Shown: piece by piece, positions 49,688 to 59,508 of the stretch
How the letters are laid out: every line of letters begins with the position of its first letter
Position numbering within the stretch: position 1 is the first letter of the stretch
Origin: an uncultured cyanobacterium
GTDB lineage: Bacteria > Cyanobacteriota > Cyanobacteriia > Phormidesmidales > Phormidesmidaceae
Direction: 5' to 3'
DNA: 64,000 nucleotides
Assembly: GCA_963772185.1 (NCBI GenBank)
Contig: CAVYWR010000025.1
Coordinates: 1,162-65,161 of the forward strand
Translations under genes and position numbers: made by a program
Notes under the pieces: generated by a model
The model's input: only the letters and a program-made list of their open reading frames with translations
Told to the model about the DNA's origin: nothing
The model's database searches: none

Positions 49688-50207
49688 CTCGGATAGTGAT
49701 GGTCTAGGTAACAGTGGTTTGGGCGGCAATAGTTTGGATAGTAATAGTGGGTGCAATCACCCCCTCTGTCGGTATCCTCGAACACCTTTTAATCCGTGTA
49801 ATTGTTGACTTAGCGAGTGCTCAAGAAAAATACATAAAAAACTCTTGACATATCCTCAAAACCGTGGGGTAATGCTGATGACTCTGAAATTAAGTATTAG
49901 AGGAAACTAAGTAGCTATTCCAGTGACCTTTGGTAATACTGAGCATGAAGATGCTGTGGTATTAATCCAGCTAAACCGATCAAACCCAGCCAACCAGAGC
50001 AGCAAGAATTTGCAGGACTTTATCCTATTAGATAACTACTAGCTTGCTTTTAATGACTGTGTTTTTGATGAGTGTGTTTGGTTACGTACGGGAATTTATT
50101 CTGGAAGGTTCTAGTTTGATTGACACAATGCTGCGCAGCGCTTTTAATGACCTAATTGCCGCGTAGGGTTATGCCAAGTTGTCAATGTCGTGTTGGAGCA
50201 AAAGTTA

Positions 50208-50810
50208 ATGAGTGGTTTATTCGGGAAGATCAAAGACTTTGTTGGATTGAACGATCCGGCAGATTATGAATATGAGTACGAAGAAGTAGAAGGCGAAGAG
50301 TATCAGAACCTCTACGAAGAAGAGAATACTGAGCCCGAAGCCATCGCACCGCCAATGCCCGTTGAGGAAGCTCCTCGCCCTGCTCGTCGTCGTATTCGTG
50401 AAAGAGTTCTATCTACTGAATCTGGAATGGTATCTATGAACAACGTAATCGGTATGCCTGGCGCGATGAATGGGATGTCCGAAGTAATGGTAATGGAGCC
50501 GCGCACTTTTGAAGAGATGCCACAGGCAATTCAGGCTCTGCGCGAGCGCAAGTCTGTAGTGCTCAACTTGACTATTATGGACCCGGACCAGGCTCAGCGC
50601 GCGGTTGATTTTGTTGCTGGTGGTACCTACGCAATGGACGGACATCAAGAGCGAATCGGCGAGAGCATCTTTCTATTCACCCCTAACTGCGTTCAGGTCA
50701 GCATGCCGACTGAAAGCGATAGCTTCATCGATCAAGAGTTTATGAGTGCGCCCAACCAGGCTGCGCCCACACCTGCATGGGCAACTGAGCAAATCGCACG
50801 AATGGCTTAG
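50208..50810 (+). CDS. sepF: Cell division protein SepF
   Basis: [30 protein letters not shown]...[17 protein letters not shown]...IFLFTP; ATG at 50208. Confidence 0.95.
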   Translation: MSGLFGKIKDFVGLNDPADYEYEYEEVEGEEYQNLYEEENTEPEAIAPPMPVEEAPRPARRRIRERVLSTESGMVSMNNVIGMPGAMNGMSEVMVMEPRTFEEMPQAIQALRERKSVVLNLTIMDPDQAQRAVDFVAGGTYAMDGHQERIGESIFLFTPNCVQVSMPTESDSFIDQEFMSAPNQAAPTPAWATEQIARMA

Positions 50811-50950
50811 AATGGCTTAATACAGATCCATCGACAGACAAGAGCGTATCTGCATCGATTTCTTCCTAAACGCAACGTTGACATCAGCTATCGTCAATGA
50901 GATGACTTCTCTTGATGTGGTAGCTATTCGCGGTATGCTATGGATGAAAT

Positions 50951-51799
50951 TTGATGAGGGCTGCGGTCTTGCCTGTAAGACTTGGCATTATTGGCGGCGG
51001 GGTGATGGGCGAAGCTCTGTTATCCCGCCTTCTTGGTCAGGGACTGTACGCCGCTGAAGAAGTGATGCTGAGCGAACCCTCGCCTGAGCGCTGTCAGGTT
51101 CTCTCTGAGCAGTATTCGATTCAGACAACAGATAGCAATGTAGAAGTGCTCGAAGCTAGCAAAGTTGTGCTGCTAGCTGTCAAGCCACAAGTTTTTGAGA
51201 TAGTAGCTAAAGATTTTCAAGGTGCGCGCTGCGAGACACCACCTTTGATTCTTTCTATTTTGGCTGGTGTGCCGCTGTCCAAGCTAGAGTCGGTAATGGC
51301 TGGCTGGCCTGTGGTACGAGCAATGCCAAATACGCCTGCGACAATAGGCAGTGGGATGACGGCGATCGCACTCGGAACCAGGACAATGGCTGAGCACGGA
51401 GAGCTAGCCGAGAATATCTTTGCGGCGGTGGGCCAGGTAGTCAAGGTGCCAGAAGACATGCTGGACGCGGTGACTGGCCTATCTGGTTCGGGTCCGGGAT
51501 ATGTGGCAATTGTGATTGAAGCCCTAGCCGATGGGGGCGTGGCAGCCGGATTGCCTAGAGGAATTGCTAATCAGCTAGCGCTGCAAACTGTACTTGGCAC
51601 TGCTGAGCTGATCCAGAAAACTGGGATGCATCCAGCAGAACTTAAAGATCGAGTAACTAGTCCTGGTGGCACCACGATTGCAGGGATTGCTTGTCTAGAG
51701 GAGCTAGGACTCCGCTCTGCGCTGATTGAGGCGGTCCGAACCGCTAGCTCAAGATCGCGTGAACTGGGTAAGCCTGTTAACGAAAAGCCGCCTAGTTAA
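50951..51799 (+). CDS. proC: Pyrroline-5-carboxylate reductase
   Basis: GIIGGGVMG, LAVKPQ, RAMPNTP, TGLSGSGP and VTSPGGTT. Confidence 0.96.
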   Translation: MMRAAVLPVRLGIIGGGVMGEALLSRLLGQGLYAAEEVMLSEPSPERCQVLSEQYSIQTTDSNVEVLEASKVVLLAVKPQVFEIVAKDFQGARCETPPLILSILAGVPLSKLESVMAGWPVVRAMPNTPATIGSGMTAIALGTRTMAEHGELAENIFAAVGQVVKVPEDMLDAVTGLSGSGPGYVAIVIEALADGGVAAGLPRGIANQLALQTVLGTAELIQKTGMHPAELKDRVTSPGGTTIAGIACLEELGLRSALIEAVRTASSRSRELGKPVNEKPPS

Positions 51800-51880
51800 A
51801 GGCTAGTTAGAACAGCCTGAAGATTACAAAGCAGACCGAACTCAAAACAGACAGAATAGTAAGACAACTGGCTAAAGACC

Positions 51881-52957
51881 GTGCCCCCAGAAGACACTAC
51901 TCCCTACGAGAATACAGACAAAAGTGCAGAGGCCAGCAGCTCTGATACCCCTACTGCAACGCCTTTGGGTCTTAGAAGATCTGATCGCAGCCGAAGTGGA
52001 CTCGGTTCGAGTGGCCAGAATTCAAGTGCTCAGAATCTAGATGCGCAAAATTCAGAGGGCCAGAGTTCGAGCATTCAGTCAGACGTAAGCCGGATAGTCC
52101 GTCAGGGCTTACGAGAATTAGAACAGCAGCGAGGCGCTTTGCAGCGTGAGATCGACCAGCTAGAGCGACGCAAGGCTAAGCTAGAAGAAGAAATGCGCTC
52201 TAGCTTTGCTGGGTCTTCTCAAGATATTGCAATTCGAGTGCAGGGCTTCAAAGATTATCTGGTTGGCAGCTTGCAGGACTTGGCGACCGCCGCTGAACAG
52301 ATTAATTTAGTCTCCTCGCCAATGGTAGAGCCGCCTGCGCCTGTCGCTGACACGAATAGGCCATCGGCGGCGTCAGAGACCTCTGTAGACAATACCGTAA
52401 TTCCGCTGGCGGCACAGCGGTTTTCTGAGCAGCGCGATCGCATCCACAGCCTACTAGACCAGTACCGTACCCGCCCCGACTACTACGGCCCCCCCTGGCA
52501 GCTACGCCGCACCTTTGAACCGATCCATGCAGAACGAACCGCTAACTGGTTCTTTACCCAAGGTGGACGAGGCGCGATCAAAAGTATGACTAGCCGCTTG
52601 CAGAATGTGCTAGTAGCGTCAGCAGCTATCTCTTGCCTATACGCGCTGTACGATCGGCGGCTGTGCGTGCTAGTGCTAGCTACCACACCAGAGCGCCTCG
52701 GTGAGTGGCGTCGATGGCTACAAGATTGCCTCGGTATTGCCCGTGCTGATTTCGGTACGAACCGAGGAGTGATGCTATTCGAATCGGCAGAACCTATGGC
52801 ACAGCGAGCTGAAAGGCTGGTGGATAGCGGCAGACTGCCTTTCTTAATTATGGATGAAGCCGAAAGCCAGGTAAGTCTGTCTCTGTTGCAGTATCCGCTC
52901 TGGCTTGGGTTTGCGCCAGACCCAGCTAATCCGCCTACCGACTACGATTATTACTAA
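51881..52957 (+). CDS. DUF3086-like cyanobacterial coiled-coil protein
   Basis: FAGSSQDIAIRVQGFKDYLVGSLQDL and PDYYGPPWQLRRTFE; upstream of plsY. Confidence 0.85.
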   Translation: MPPEDTTPYENTDKSAEASSSDTPTATPLGLRRSDRSRSGLGSSGQNSSAQNLDAQNSEGQSSSIQSDVSRIVRQGLRELEQQRGALQREIDQLERRKAKLEEEMRSSFAGSSQDIAIRVQGFKDYLVGSLQDLATAAEQINLVSSPMVEPPAPVADTNRPSAASETSVDNTVIPLAAQRFSEQRDRIHSLLDQYRTRPDYYGPPWQLRRTFEPIHAERTANWFFTQGGRGAIKSMTSRLQNVLVASAAISCLYALYDRRLCVLVLATTPERLGEWRRWLQDCLGIARADFGTNRGVMLFESAEPMAQRAERLVDSGRLPFLIMDEAESQVSLSLLQYPLWLGFAPDPANPPTDYDYY

Positions 52958-52997
52958 TGGCTGCTATTCCTAACGACCGCTCGCTGCTTCTACGCCT

Positions 52998-53669
52998 ATG
53001 CTCAGGCGAACTGTTATGTTTACGACGATTGCGCTATTGTTGCTAGCTTTGCTGACGGCCTATCTTTTGGGCTCTATTCCAACTGGATTTCTACTGGCAA
53101 AGGCCCTGCGAGGAATTGACATTCGCGAGTATGGCTCAGGCAATACGGGCGCGACGAATGTCTTTAGAGTAATGGGAAAAGGAGCTGGGATTGCCGCGCT
53201 GGCAATCGACTTATTGAAGGGGATAGCGGCGGTTTTACTAATGCGTTGGCTAGTGACTAGCTCGACTTTTGTGAGTTCTGGGGTAGGCGAAACTATCTCA
53301 GCAACAGCCGCTGCTTGGACTTACGTCTCAGCAGCGCTGCTGGCCGTGCTGGGCCATAGTAAATCGATCTGGCTAGGATTTACAGGCGGCAAGTCGGCGG
53401 CGACTGGGTTGGGTGTACTCTTGGCCCTGACCTGGCCCGTCGGCCTGAGTGTTGCCTCTGTATTTGGTGTGGCGCTGGGGATATCACGCACAGTGTCAGT
53501 AGGCTCGATTGCAGCTGCCCTATCGGTAGTCGTCTTTATGGTGTTGACTGGTCAGCCGGTTGCCTATGTTTGGTTGGCGATCGCAGGTGGTCTATACGTG
53601 ATACTTCGCCATCGCGGCAACATCGCCCGACTTATAAAGGGCACTGAGCCTAAGACATTCGGCAGTTAA
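52998..53669 (+). CDS. plsY: Glycerol-3-phosphate acyltransferase PlsY
   Basis: AYLLGSIPTG, DIREYGSGNTGATN, GFTGGKSAAT and RHRGNIARL.GTE; start may be the ATG at 53016. Confidence 0.95.
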   Translation: MLRRTVMFTTIALLLLALLTAYLLGSIPTGFLLAKALRGIDIREYGSGNTGATNVFRVMGKGAGIAALAIDLLKGIAAVLLMRWLVTSSTFVSSGVGETISATAAAWTYVSAALLAVLGHSKSIWLGFTGGKSAATGLGVLLALTWPVGLSVASVFGVALGISRTVSVGSIAAALSVVVFMVLTGQPVAYVWLAIAGGLYVILRHRGNIARLIKGTEPKTFGS

Positions 53670-53679
53670 CCAGCACTTT

Positions 53680-54573
53680 TCACTGGCTCGATTTACTCTC
53701 GCTCAAGCTGTCAATTTCAGCGATAGTGAGTCCTGTTGTTTCGCTAATTGTTTCTACAGGCAGCTTTCCAATAAGCGAACGAGCGATCTCTACAGATCTT
53801 TCCTCTCGGCCTTCCTCTCGGCCTTCTCTTCTGCCTTCTTCTCGTCCCTCCCGTTTAGAAGTGTCTATCACGTTGTTGAGGTCACGATAGTACTTGAGAC
53901 TGCTTTGATAGCTGTCCTGCTCGTCCCGAGTAAAGTTGGCAATTTCTGCGACTTCAAAGAGCTGAAGGAAGAGAGGATCTTGGAAAGGATGGGGCCGACC
54001 TTCAATATCAGGTAAGTGTCTAAATAGATACAGCCACTTGTCCTGTTTGGTTGTGAGCTGCTCTAGTGTTTTTGTGAATTTCGGCAGCTCAATGTAGATG
54101 AACTTTAGCTTGTCGTAGAACACGACGCAGTGCTGATTTTTGAGTTCTACCGTATGGATCAGTTCCGCCGCTTCTCTGTGATCATCAAAGACAAAGTCAA
54201 GGATGCCGATTGAGTATACGGGCGCAAGCTGAAAGTTCCATTTTCCCTGCATTGCCTGCTCTTGAATGGGAAAGCTCGCGTAGAAAACGCTGCGATCCTT
54301 GAAAAAGTCTTGTTTGGCTTTTTGCAGTTCTACGATGAAGCGATCACCATTAGCGCCTTGGCAATAGATATCGAAGATAGCCTTGCGATCAATAGCAGTA
54401 TTGCCTAGATTCTCTGTACTTTTGTAGGAAAGTTCCTGAATTTGGTGATGCTCGGGTAATAGGGTATTGAGAAAATCAACTAGCAACTGCTTATTGGGCT
54501 CGGAACCAAAAACGCGCTTGAATCCAAAGTCGGTTAGCAGATTAACGTATTGCTCCTGTAGATATAGAGCCAT
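53680..54573 (-). CDS. Rpn family / PD-(D/E)XK nuclease-like protein
   Basis: TDFGFKRVFG, FDIYC...FIVELQ, YIELPKF, DKWLY and a C-terminal (EGRE)n repeat before IARSL..SETTGL. Confidence 0.92.
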   Translation of the reverse strand: MALYLQEQYVNLLTDFGFKRVFGSEPNKQLLVDFLNTLLPEHHQIQELSYKSTENLGNTAIDRKAIFDIYCQGANGDRFIVELQKAKQDFFKDRSVFYASFPIQEQAMQGKWNFQLAPVYSIGILDFVFDDHREAAELIHTVELKNQHCVVFYDKLKFIYIELPKFTKTLEQLTTKQDKWLYLFRHLPDIEGRPHPFQDPLFLQLFEVAEIANFTRDEQDSYQSSLKYYRDLNNVIDTSKREGREEGRREGREEGREERSVEIARSLIGKLPVETISETTGLTIAEIDSLSESKSSQ

Positions 54574-54661
54574 AAGGGTAAGCGATCGCCATCGTTGAGG
54601 TATCTACAGTTTATCAACTGTAAAACCGCTTGAAGATCCAATCGTGATTGCCTACTCGCTA

Positions 54662-55054
54662 TCAATCAACTTCGCAATCAGGACTATGCAGCACTAGCTG
54701 TTCTCTGAGCTGACTGGGATCATAGAGCACCGGAACAAAGTGAATGCTGTTGACCTCTTTAAAGTAGAACAGGATCGGCACAGTCGGCCAAAAGACCTTC
54801 CAGCTCTCCCAATCAGCATAGGGAAAGGTCTTTAGCAGGCTGTCATTACGACTGACTTCGAGCGCAATCGGCGTGAACGTTAGACGGATCGCTGTAGTTT
54901 GGTAGAGCAAGAACAAGCTAAACACAGCCCAAATGATGCCAGCAACAAGCTGCACAAATAGCAGCGGCAAAGAAAGTAGCACCATTACAATCGGCAGCTT
55001 AAAACTAGGGGCCAGTGTTGTGGTGGTGTTTACGTTGGGGGTAGTGCTAGTCAC
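54662..55054 (-). CDS. DUF3119-like membrane protein
   Basis: LAPSFKLP, FPYADW..W..FW..PILFYFKEVNSIHFVP. Confidence 0.85.
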   Translation of the reverse strand: MTSTTPNVNTTTTLAPSFKLPIVMVLLSLPLLFVQLVAGIIWAVFSLFLLYQTTAIRLTFTPIALEVSRNDSLLKTFPYADWESWKVFWPTVPILFYFKEVNSIHFVPVLYDPSQLREQLVLHSPDCEVD

Positions 55055-55119
55055 GGTAGGAAATTTTCCGAATGTATGCTTTTCTACAGTTTAGTGGTAG
55101 TTTAGTAGTCTTTTTGAGG

Positions 55120-55914
55120 CTAGTTACCAACGAAGGCGCTGCCCATGCCTTGAAACATCGCCCAGGACAGAAAGAAATTACTCACGAAAATGGCCAGTAG
55201 CGAGGTGACAACGGCAGTTGTGGTTGACTGACCGACTCCTTTAGCACCTCCTGTCGTTGTCAGTCCCCAGCTAGAGCCGATGATGGCGATTAGGACGCCA
55301 AAGATTAACGACTTGACCAAGGCGGCGGCCAAATCTCCAATGCTAAGGAAGTTGCGGGCGGAGTTGAGAAATACCGCAAAAGGAATGCTATAGATAGTGG
55401 TCGCTACACTAAGACCGCCAATCATGCCAGTGATGAAAGCCAAAATACTCAGCAGCGGCAGCATCAGTGAGCAGGCAATCACCCGAGGAATGACCAGATA
55501 GTCGACCGGATCGCTTCTGAGCATCTGTAGCGCGTCGATTTGCTCGGTCACTCGCATGGTGCCAATCTCTGCGGCAAAGGCCGATCCCACTCGGCCCGCT
55601 AATACAACGGCTGTCAGTACAGGTGCTAGCTCTCTAGAGAGCGTAATGGCCAGCACCCCGCCGATCGCATTGGTCGCCCCGAACGCGATAAACTCGCGGG
55701 TCACTTGGATAGTGAAGACCATGCCAACGAATATAGAAGTCACTAGTGCGATCAGCAGAGATTCTGGGCCGACTGCCGACATCTGCTCTAGCGTGTTGCG
55801 ACGGTGGATGGGTTTAGAAATGACGTGGATGATTACCTGTCCACCCAAAAAGATAGCTGACAGCAGTCGCTGAAACCAAAGCGCAAGATTCGGCGGGACA
55901 AGAGAGGGGGTCAT
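55120..55914 (-). CDS. mlaE: MlaE/Ycf63 lipid ABC transporter permease
   Basis: RELAPVLTAVVLAGRVGSAFAAEIGTMRVTEQIDAL and GGAKGVGQSTT; start uncertain (55914 or 55944). Confidence 0.92.
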   Translation of the reverse strand: MTPSLVPPNLALWFQRLLSAIFLGGQVIIHVISKPIHRRNTLEQMSAVGPESLLIALVTSIFVGMVFTIQVTREFIAFGATNAIGGVLAITLSRELAPVLTAVVLAGRVGSAFAAEIGTMRVTEQIDALQMLRSDPVDYLVIPRVIACSLMLPLLSILAFITGMIGGLSVATTIYSIPFAVFLNSARNFLSIGDLAAALVKSLIFGVLIAIIGSSWGLTTTGGAKGVGQSTTTAVVTSLLAIFVSNFFLSWAMFQGMGSAFVGN

Positions 55915-56040
55915 AGGCTGTAGTGGTGTGCCTGTAGCTATCAATCGCTACCTTATTACATTTTCCGTTCGGCTATGCTAATGGATTAAAACTCTCAGAG
56001 TGACTGGCGCGAGACTGTTACTAGACAAGCGTCCTATTTT

Positions 56041-57735
56041 TTGAAAAAAACCTATGCTAGTAAGCAGTGTTTTTTAAGAAGTAGTTCAGGTGCTATGGGT
56101 TCTTGGGTTCAGTACCGTACCGTTTGGCCGCGCGTAATCGCGATCGCGCTAGTCATCGTCTTCAGCGTTAGCGCTTCTCCGTCCGCTCTAGCGAGTCCAT
56201 TAGACTTGAGTCTATCGCCGCCTCTAGCACAAATTGAAGTAGCACAAATTGAAGTAGCACAAACTGAAATCACTCAAACTGAAGTAACGCCAGCCGAAGC
56301 TTCAGCTAACACTATTCAACCCTACCTAGATAGAGTGGCAGAAGCGGTCACCGAGTTCACTCTGCCAAACGGCATGAAGTTCATTGTGCTAGAGCAGCGT
56401 GAAGCGCCAGTGGCATCGGTGATGCTATATGCCAACGTCGGCGCTTCCTACGAAGAAGACGGTAAAACCGGAGTTGCTCACTATCTAGAGCATCTCGCCT
56501 TTAAGGGAACTACTCGAATCGGAACGCGTGACTATCCAGCAGAGAAAGAGGTACTAGATAAGCTAGACAGTGTCTTTGATCAGCTACTCGCAGCCGAAGC
56601 GTCAGAAGACACCGAAAAAATAGCTGAGCTGAATAGTCAGTTTGAGCAGCTACAGGCAGAGGCCGCTTCCTACGTAGATCAAAATAAGTTTGGCCAGATT
56701 ATCGAGCAATCTGGCGGCACAGGCTTAAACGCGACCACTTCTGCCGATGCGACTCGCTATTTCTACAATTTGCCTTCTAACAAGATAGAGCTGTGGTTCT
56801 CGCTAGAATCCGAACGTTTCTTGGACCCCGTGTTTAGAGAATTCTACAAGGAAAAAGAGGTGATTCTAGAAGAGCGCCGCAGCCGGGTAGATAACTCCCC
56901 TATTGGCCAGATGGTCGAGCGCTTTTCAGAAGTTGCTTTTGAAGAGAACCCCTATCAGCGTCCAGTAATTGGCTATCAGGAAGACCTGCGCGTAGCAACT
57001 AGAGCTGATGTCCAAGAATTCTTTGATGCTTACTATGGTCCGAGCAACCTCATCGCGGCAGTCGTCGGTGATGTGGATGCAGATGAAATCAAGCGGCTAG
57101 CGGAAGCTTACTTTGGTCGCTATGAGTCTAGAGTGCGACCGCCGCAGCTAGTCGTCAATGAGCCTGAGCAAACCGAGCCTAAGTCATTCACTCTAGAGCT
57201 AGCCTCACAGCCCTGGTATCTAGAGGGCTATCACCGACCCAGTATCAATCATCCTGACCATGTGGTGTATGCCATGATTGATAGCATCTTGACGGGCGGG
57301 CGGACATCTCGGCTTTATAAAACCCTAGTAGAACCTCAGATTGCGCTTGATGTAGGCAGTGCTAACGGCTTTCCAGGCGACAAGCAATCTACTGTGATGC
57401 TGCTTTATGGGTTGACTGCTCCAGATCACACTGTTGAAGAACTAGCAGTAGGGCTAGAAACTGAGCTGGTTCGATTGCAGCAAGAGCCGGTAGATAGTAT
57501 GACGCTAGACCGGGTAAAGACCCAGGCGCGGGCGGGACTTTTGCGGCAGCTAGATTCCAATCAGGGCATGGCTAGCCTGCTGACAGAGTACGAGGCTAAA
57601 ACTGGCGACTGGCGCAACGTGTTTCGTGAGCTACAGCTAATTGAGGCGGTGGATTCACAAGATGTTCAGCGAGTAGCCACGCAGACATTTCAGCCTGAAA
57701 ACAGAACGGTAGGCAAGCTAATCTCAGCTGAGTAG
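56041..57735 (+). CDS. M16 family zinc peptidase, active subunit (start uncertain)
   Basis: HYLEH (HxxEH) followed by FKGT, LNATTS and KEKEVILEER; N-terminal signal/TM segment. Confidence 0.93.
   Translation: MKKTYASKQCFLRSSSGAMGSWVQYRTVWPRVIAIALVIVFSVSASPSALASPLDLSLSPPLAQIEVAQIEVAQTEITQTEVTPAEASANTIQPYLDRVAEAVTEFTLPNGMKFIVLEQREAPVASVMLYANVGASYEEDGKTGVAHYLEHLAFKGTTRIGTRDYPAEKEVLDKLDSVFDQLLAAEASEDTEKIAELNSQFEQLQAEAASYVDQNKFGQIIEQSGGTGLNATTSADATRYFYNLPSNKIELWFSLESERFLDPVFREFYKEKEVILEERRSRVDNSPIGQMVERFSEVAFEENPYQRPVIGYQEDLRVATRADVQEFFDAYYGPSNLIAAVVGDVDADEIKRLAEAYFGRYESRVRPPQLVVNEPEQTEPKSFTLELASQPWYLEGYHRPSINHPDHVVYAMIDSILTGGRTSRLYKTLVEPQIALDVGSANGFPGDKQSTVMLLYGLTAPDHTVEELAVGLETELVRLQQEPVDSMTLDRVKTQARAGLLRQLDSNQGMASLLTEYEAKTGDWRNVFRELQLIEAVDSQDVQRVATQTFQPENRTVGKLISAE
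56225..56284 (+). repeat. 15-bp coding tandem repeat x4 (AQIEV-type pentapeptide)
   Basis: TAGCACAAATTGAAG twice perfect, then two degenerate units. Confidence 0.8.
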
Positions 57736-57812
57736 TTTTAGCTGCTGGTAAGTTATCTAAGCGGCCATTCATTTTTTCAAAAGAGTCATCTGAAGATTAT
57801 TTAAGGAAATTC

Positions 57813-59267
57813 ATGGGTTTATTCCGAGGGCGATCGCACAACCGTTTTATCCCTTTCTTCTTTCTAGCAGCAGCGACCTGCACAATGCTGCTGACGCTGT
57901 CGTGGCCTAGTCCTGCCCAGGCAATCGAACCAAAGCCTTACGAGGAGCTAGTCTTTCCTCCACTAGGAGAAATTCAGATCCCTGACTACGAGCGCTATGA
58001 GCTAGACAACGGGCTGGTAGTTTACCTAATGGAAGACCACGACTTACCTTTAGTTAGCGGTTCGGCAACATTTCGGACCGGGTCGTATCTAGTGTCTCCA
58101 GAACAGACCGGACTAGCGGAGATTACGGGCGAAGCAATGCGGTTAGGCGGAACGCTCAACCACCCGCCTGACGAACTCAATCAGCTACTAGAGCAAAGGG
58201 CAGCCTCAGTAGAAACATCAATTGATGACACATCGGGAAGCGCTGGATTTTCCGCTCTAGCAGAAGATCTAGAAGACGTATTCGAGCTGTATGCAGAAGT
58301 AATTATGCAGCCCGCCTTTGATGAGACACAAGTAGCTCTAATCGAAGGCAGAACAGCCGGAGGAATTTCTCGTCGCAACGACGATCCAGGCGATATTGCC
58401 GCTAGAGAATTTCGCAAGCTGATTTACGGAGAGGAAAGTCCGTACGCTCGTACGGTCGAGTATGCCAGCCTAGAAAATATCAGCCAGGATAATGTAGTTG
58501 ATTTTTACAACCGGACTATCCTACCCAAGAACACAATTCTGGGCATCGTTGGCGATTTTGACCCCGCGCAGATGAAAGCGCTGATTGATAGAACTTTGGG
58601 CAATTGGTACGACGGGAATGATGGTGCGATCGCCTCACCCCCCGCAGGCGAACAGCAAACAGCAGGACTATTTTTCATCAATCAGCCGCAGCTAACTCAA
58701 AGCACCATTCACATTGGCCACATCGGCGGCGAGCTACGTAGCCCCTATCACGCATCAATGGCCGTACTCAACGAAGTGCTCAACGGTTTTGGGGGTCGCC
58801 TGTTCAACGAGATTCGCTCACGTCAGGGCCTAGCCTACAGCGTCTATGCCTTCTGGAGTCCTAGGTTCGACTACAACGGCATCTTTATTGGTGGTGGCTC
58901 GACTCGCTCAGAGGCAACCGTCCCCTTTGTTCAATCGATGTACCAGGAGCTAGAAAAGATTCGAGAGCAGCCAATCACTGAAACAGAGCTAGCCTTTGCC
59001 AAAGACTCGGTACTCAATAGCTTTGTATTCAACTTTCAAACCCCCAGCCAGACCCTATCTCGGCTGATTCGCTACGAGTACTACGGCTATCCTGATGACT
59101 TTGTCTTTCAGTTTAGAGACGGCGTAGAACAGGCGACAACCGCAAGCGTGCTAGAGGCAGCGCAGGTAAACTTGGACCCGGAGAAGCTAATTACGATTGT
59201 GGTTGGAAATGCAGCGGAGATTGAACCGGATCTTAGCAACGCTGGGAAAGGAGCCCATCGCAATTGA
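57813..59267 (+). CDS. M16 family peptidase, non-catalytic partner subunit (true end possibly 59295)
   Basis: LDNGLVVYLMEDHDLPLV and RLFNEIRSRQGLAYSV; lacks HxxEH; C-terminus appears frameshifted. Confidence 0.9.
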   Translation: MGLFRGRSHNRFIPFFFLAAATCTMLLTLSWPSPAQAIEPKPYEELVFPPLGEIQIPDYERYELDNGLVVYLMEDHDLPLVSGSATFRTGSYLVSPEQTGLAEITGEAMRLGGTLNHPPDELNQLLEQRAASVETSIDDTSGSAGFSALAEDLEDVFELYAEVIMQPAFDETQVALIEGRTAGGISRRNDDPGDIAAREFRKLIYGEESPYARTVEYASLENISQDNVVDFYNRTILPKNTILGIVGDFDPAQMKALIDRTLGNWYDGNDGAIASPPAGEQQTAGLFFINQPQLTQSTIHIGHIGGELRSPYHASMAVLNEVLNGFGGRLFNEIRSRQGLAYSVYAFWSPRFDYNGIFIGGGSTRSEATVPFVQSMYQELEKIREQPITETELAFAKDSVLNSFVFNFQTPSQTLSRLIRYEYYGYPDDFVFQFRDGVEQATTASVLEAAQVNLDPEKLITIVVGNAAEIEPDLSNAGKGAHRN

Positions 59268-59335
59268 TGTCACGATTCCTGGTCCGACCGCTTAGCTAGG
59301 CGATCTTAGTGAGTGCGGCTTGAGGAGGTCGCAGC

Positions 59336-59375
59336 AAAGAGAGGCTTCGACTGCGACAGTTGAAGCCTCTCTTTT
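59336..59375 (+). terminator. Intrinsic terminator after the M16 pair
   Basis: AAAGAGAGGCTTCGACTG-CGA-CAGTTGAAGCCTCTCTTTT. Confidence 0.8.
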
Positions 59376-59381
59376 CTCTAT

Positions 59382-59401
59382 CGAATGCATCCGCACTTTG
59401 C
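59382..59401 (-). repeat. Remnant of the 104-bp element hairpin
   Basis: Reverse complement GCAAAGTGCGGATGCATTCG matches the element's left end at 19 of 20 positions. Confidence 0.6.
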
Positions 59402-59508
59402 GACACAAATCGTTTTGCAGAAAATGTGATTTAGAACCTGATAATTTTTCGGGATGTTCAACTTTTATATCCGTAGAAACTAGCAGTAATTGAGGAGCGT
59501 AATTTTGT

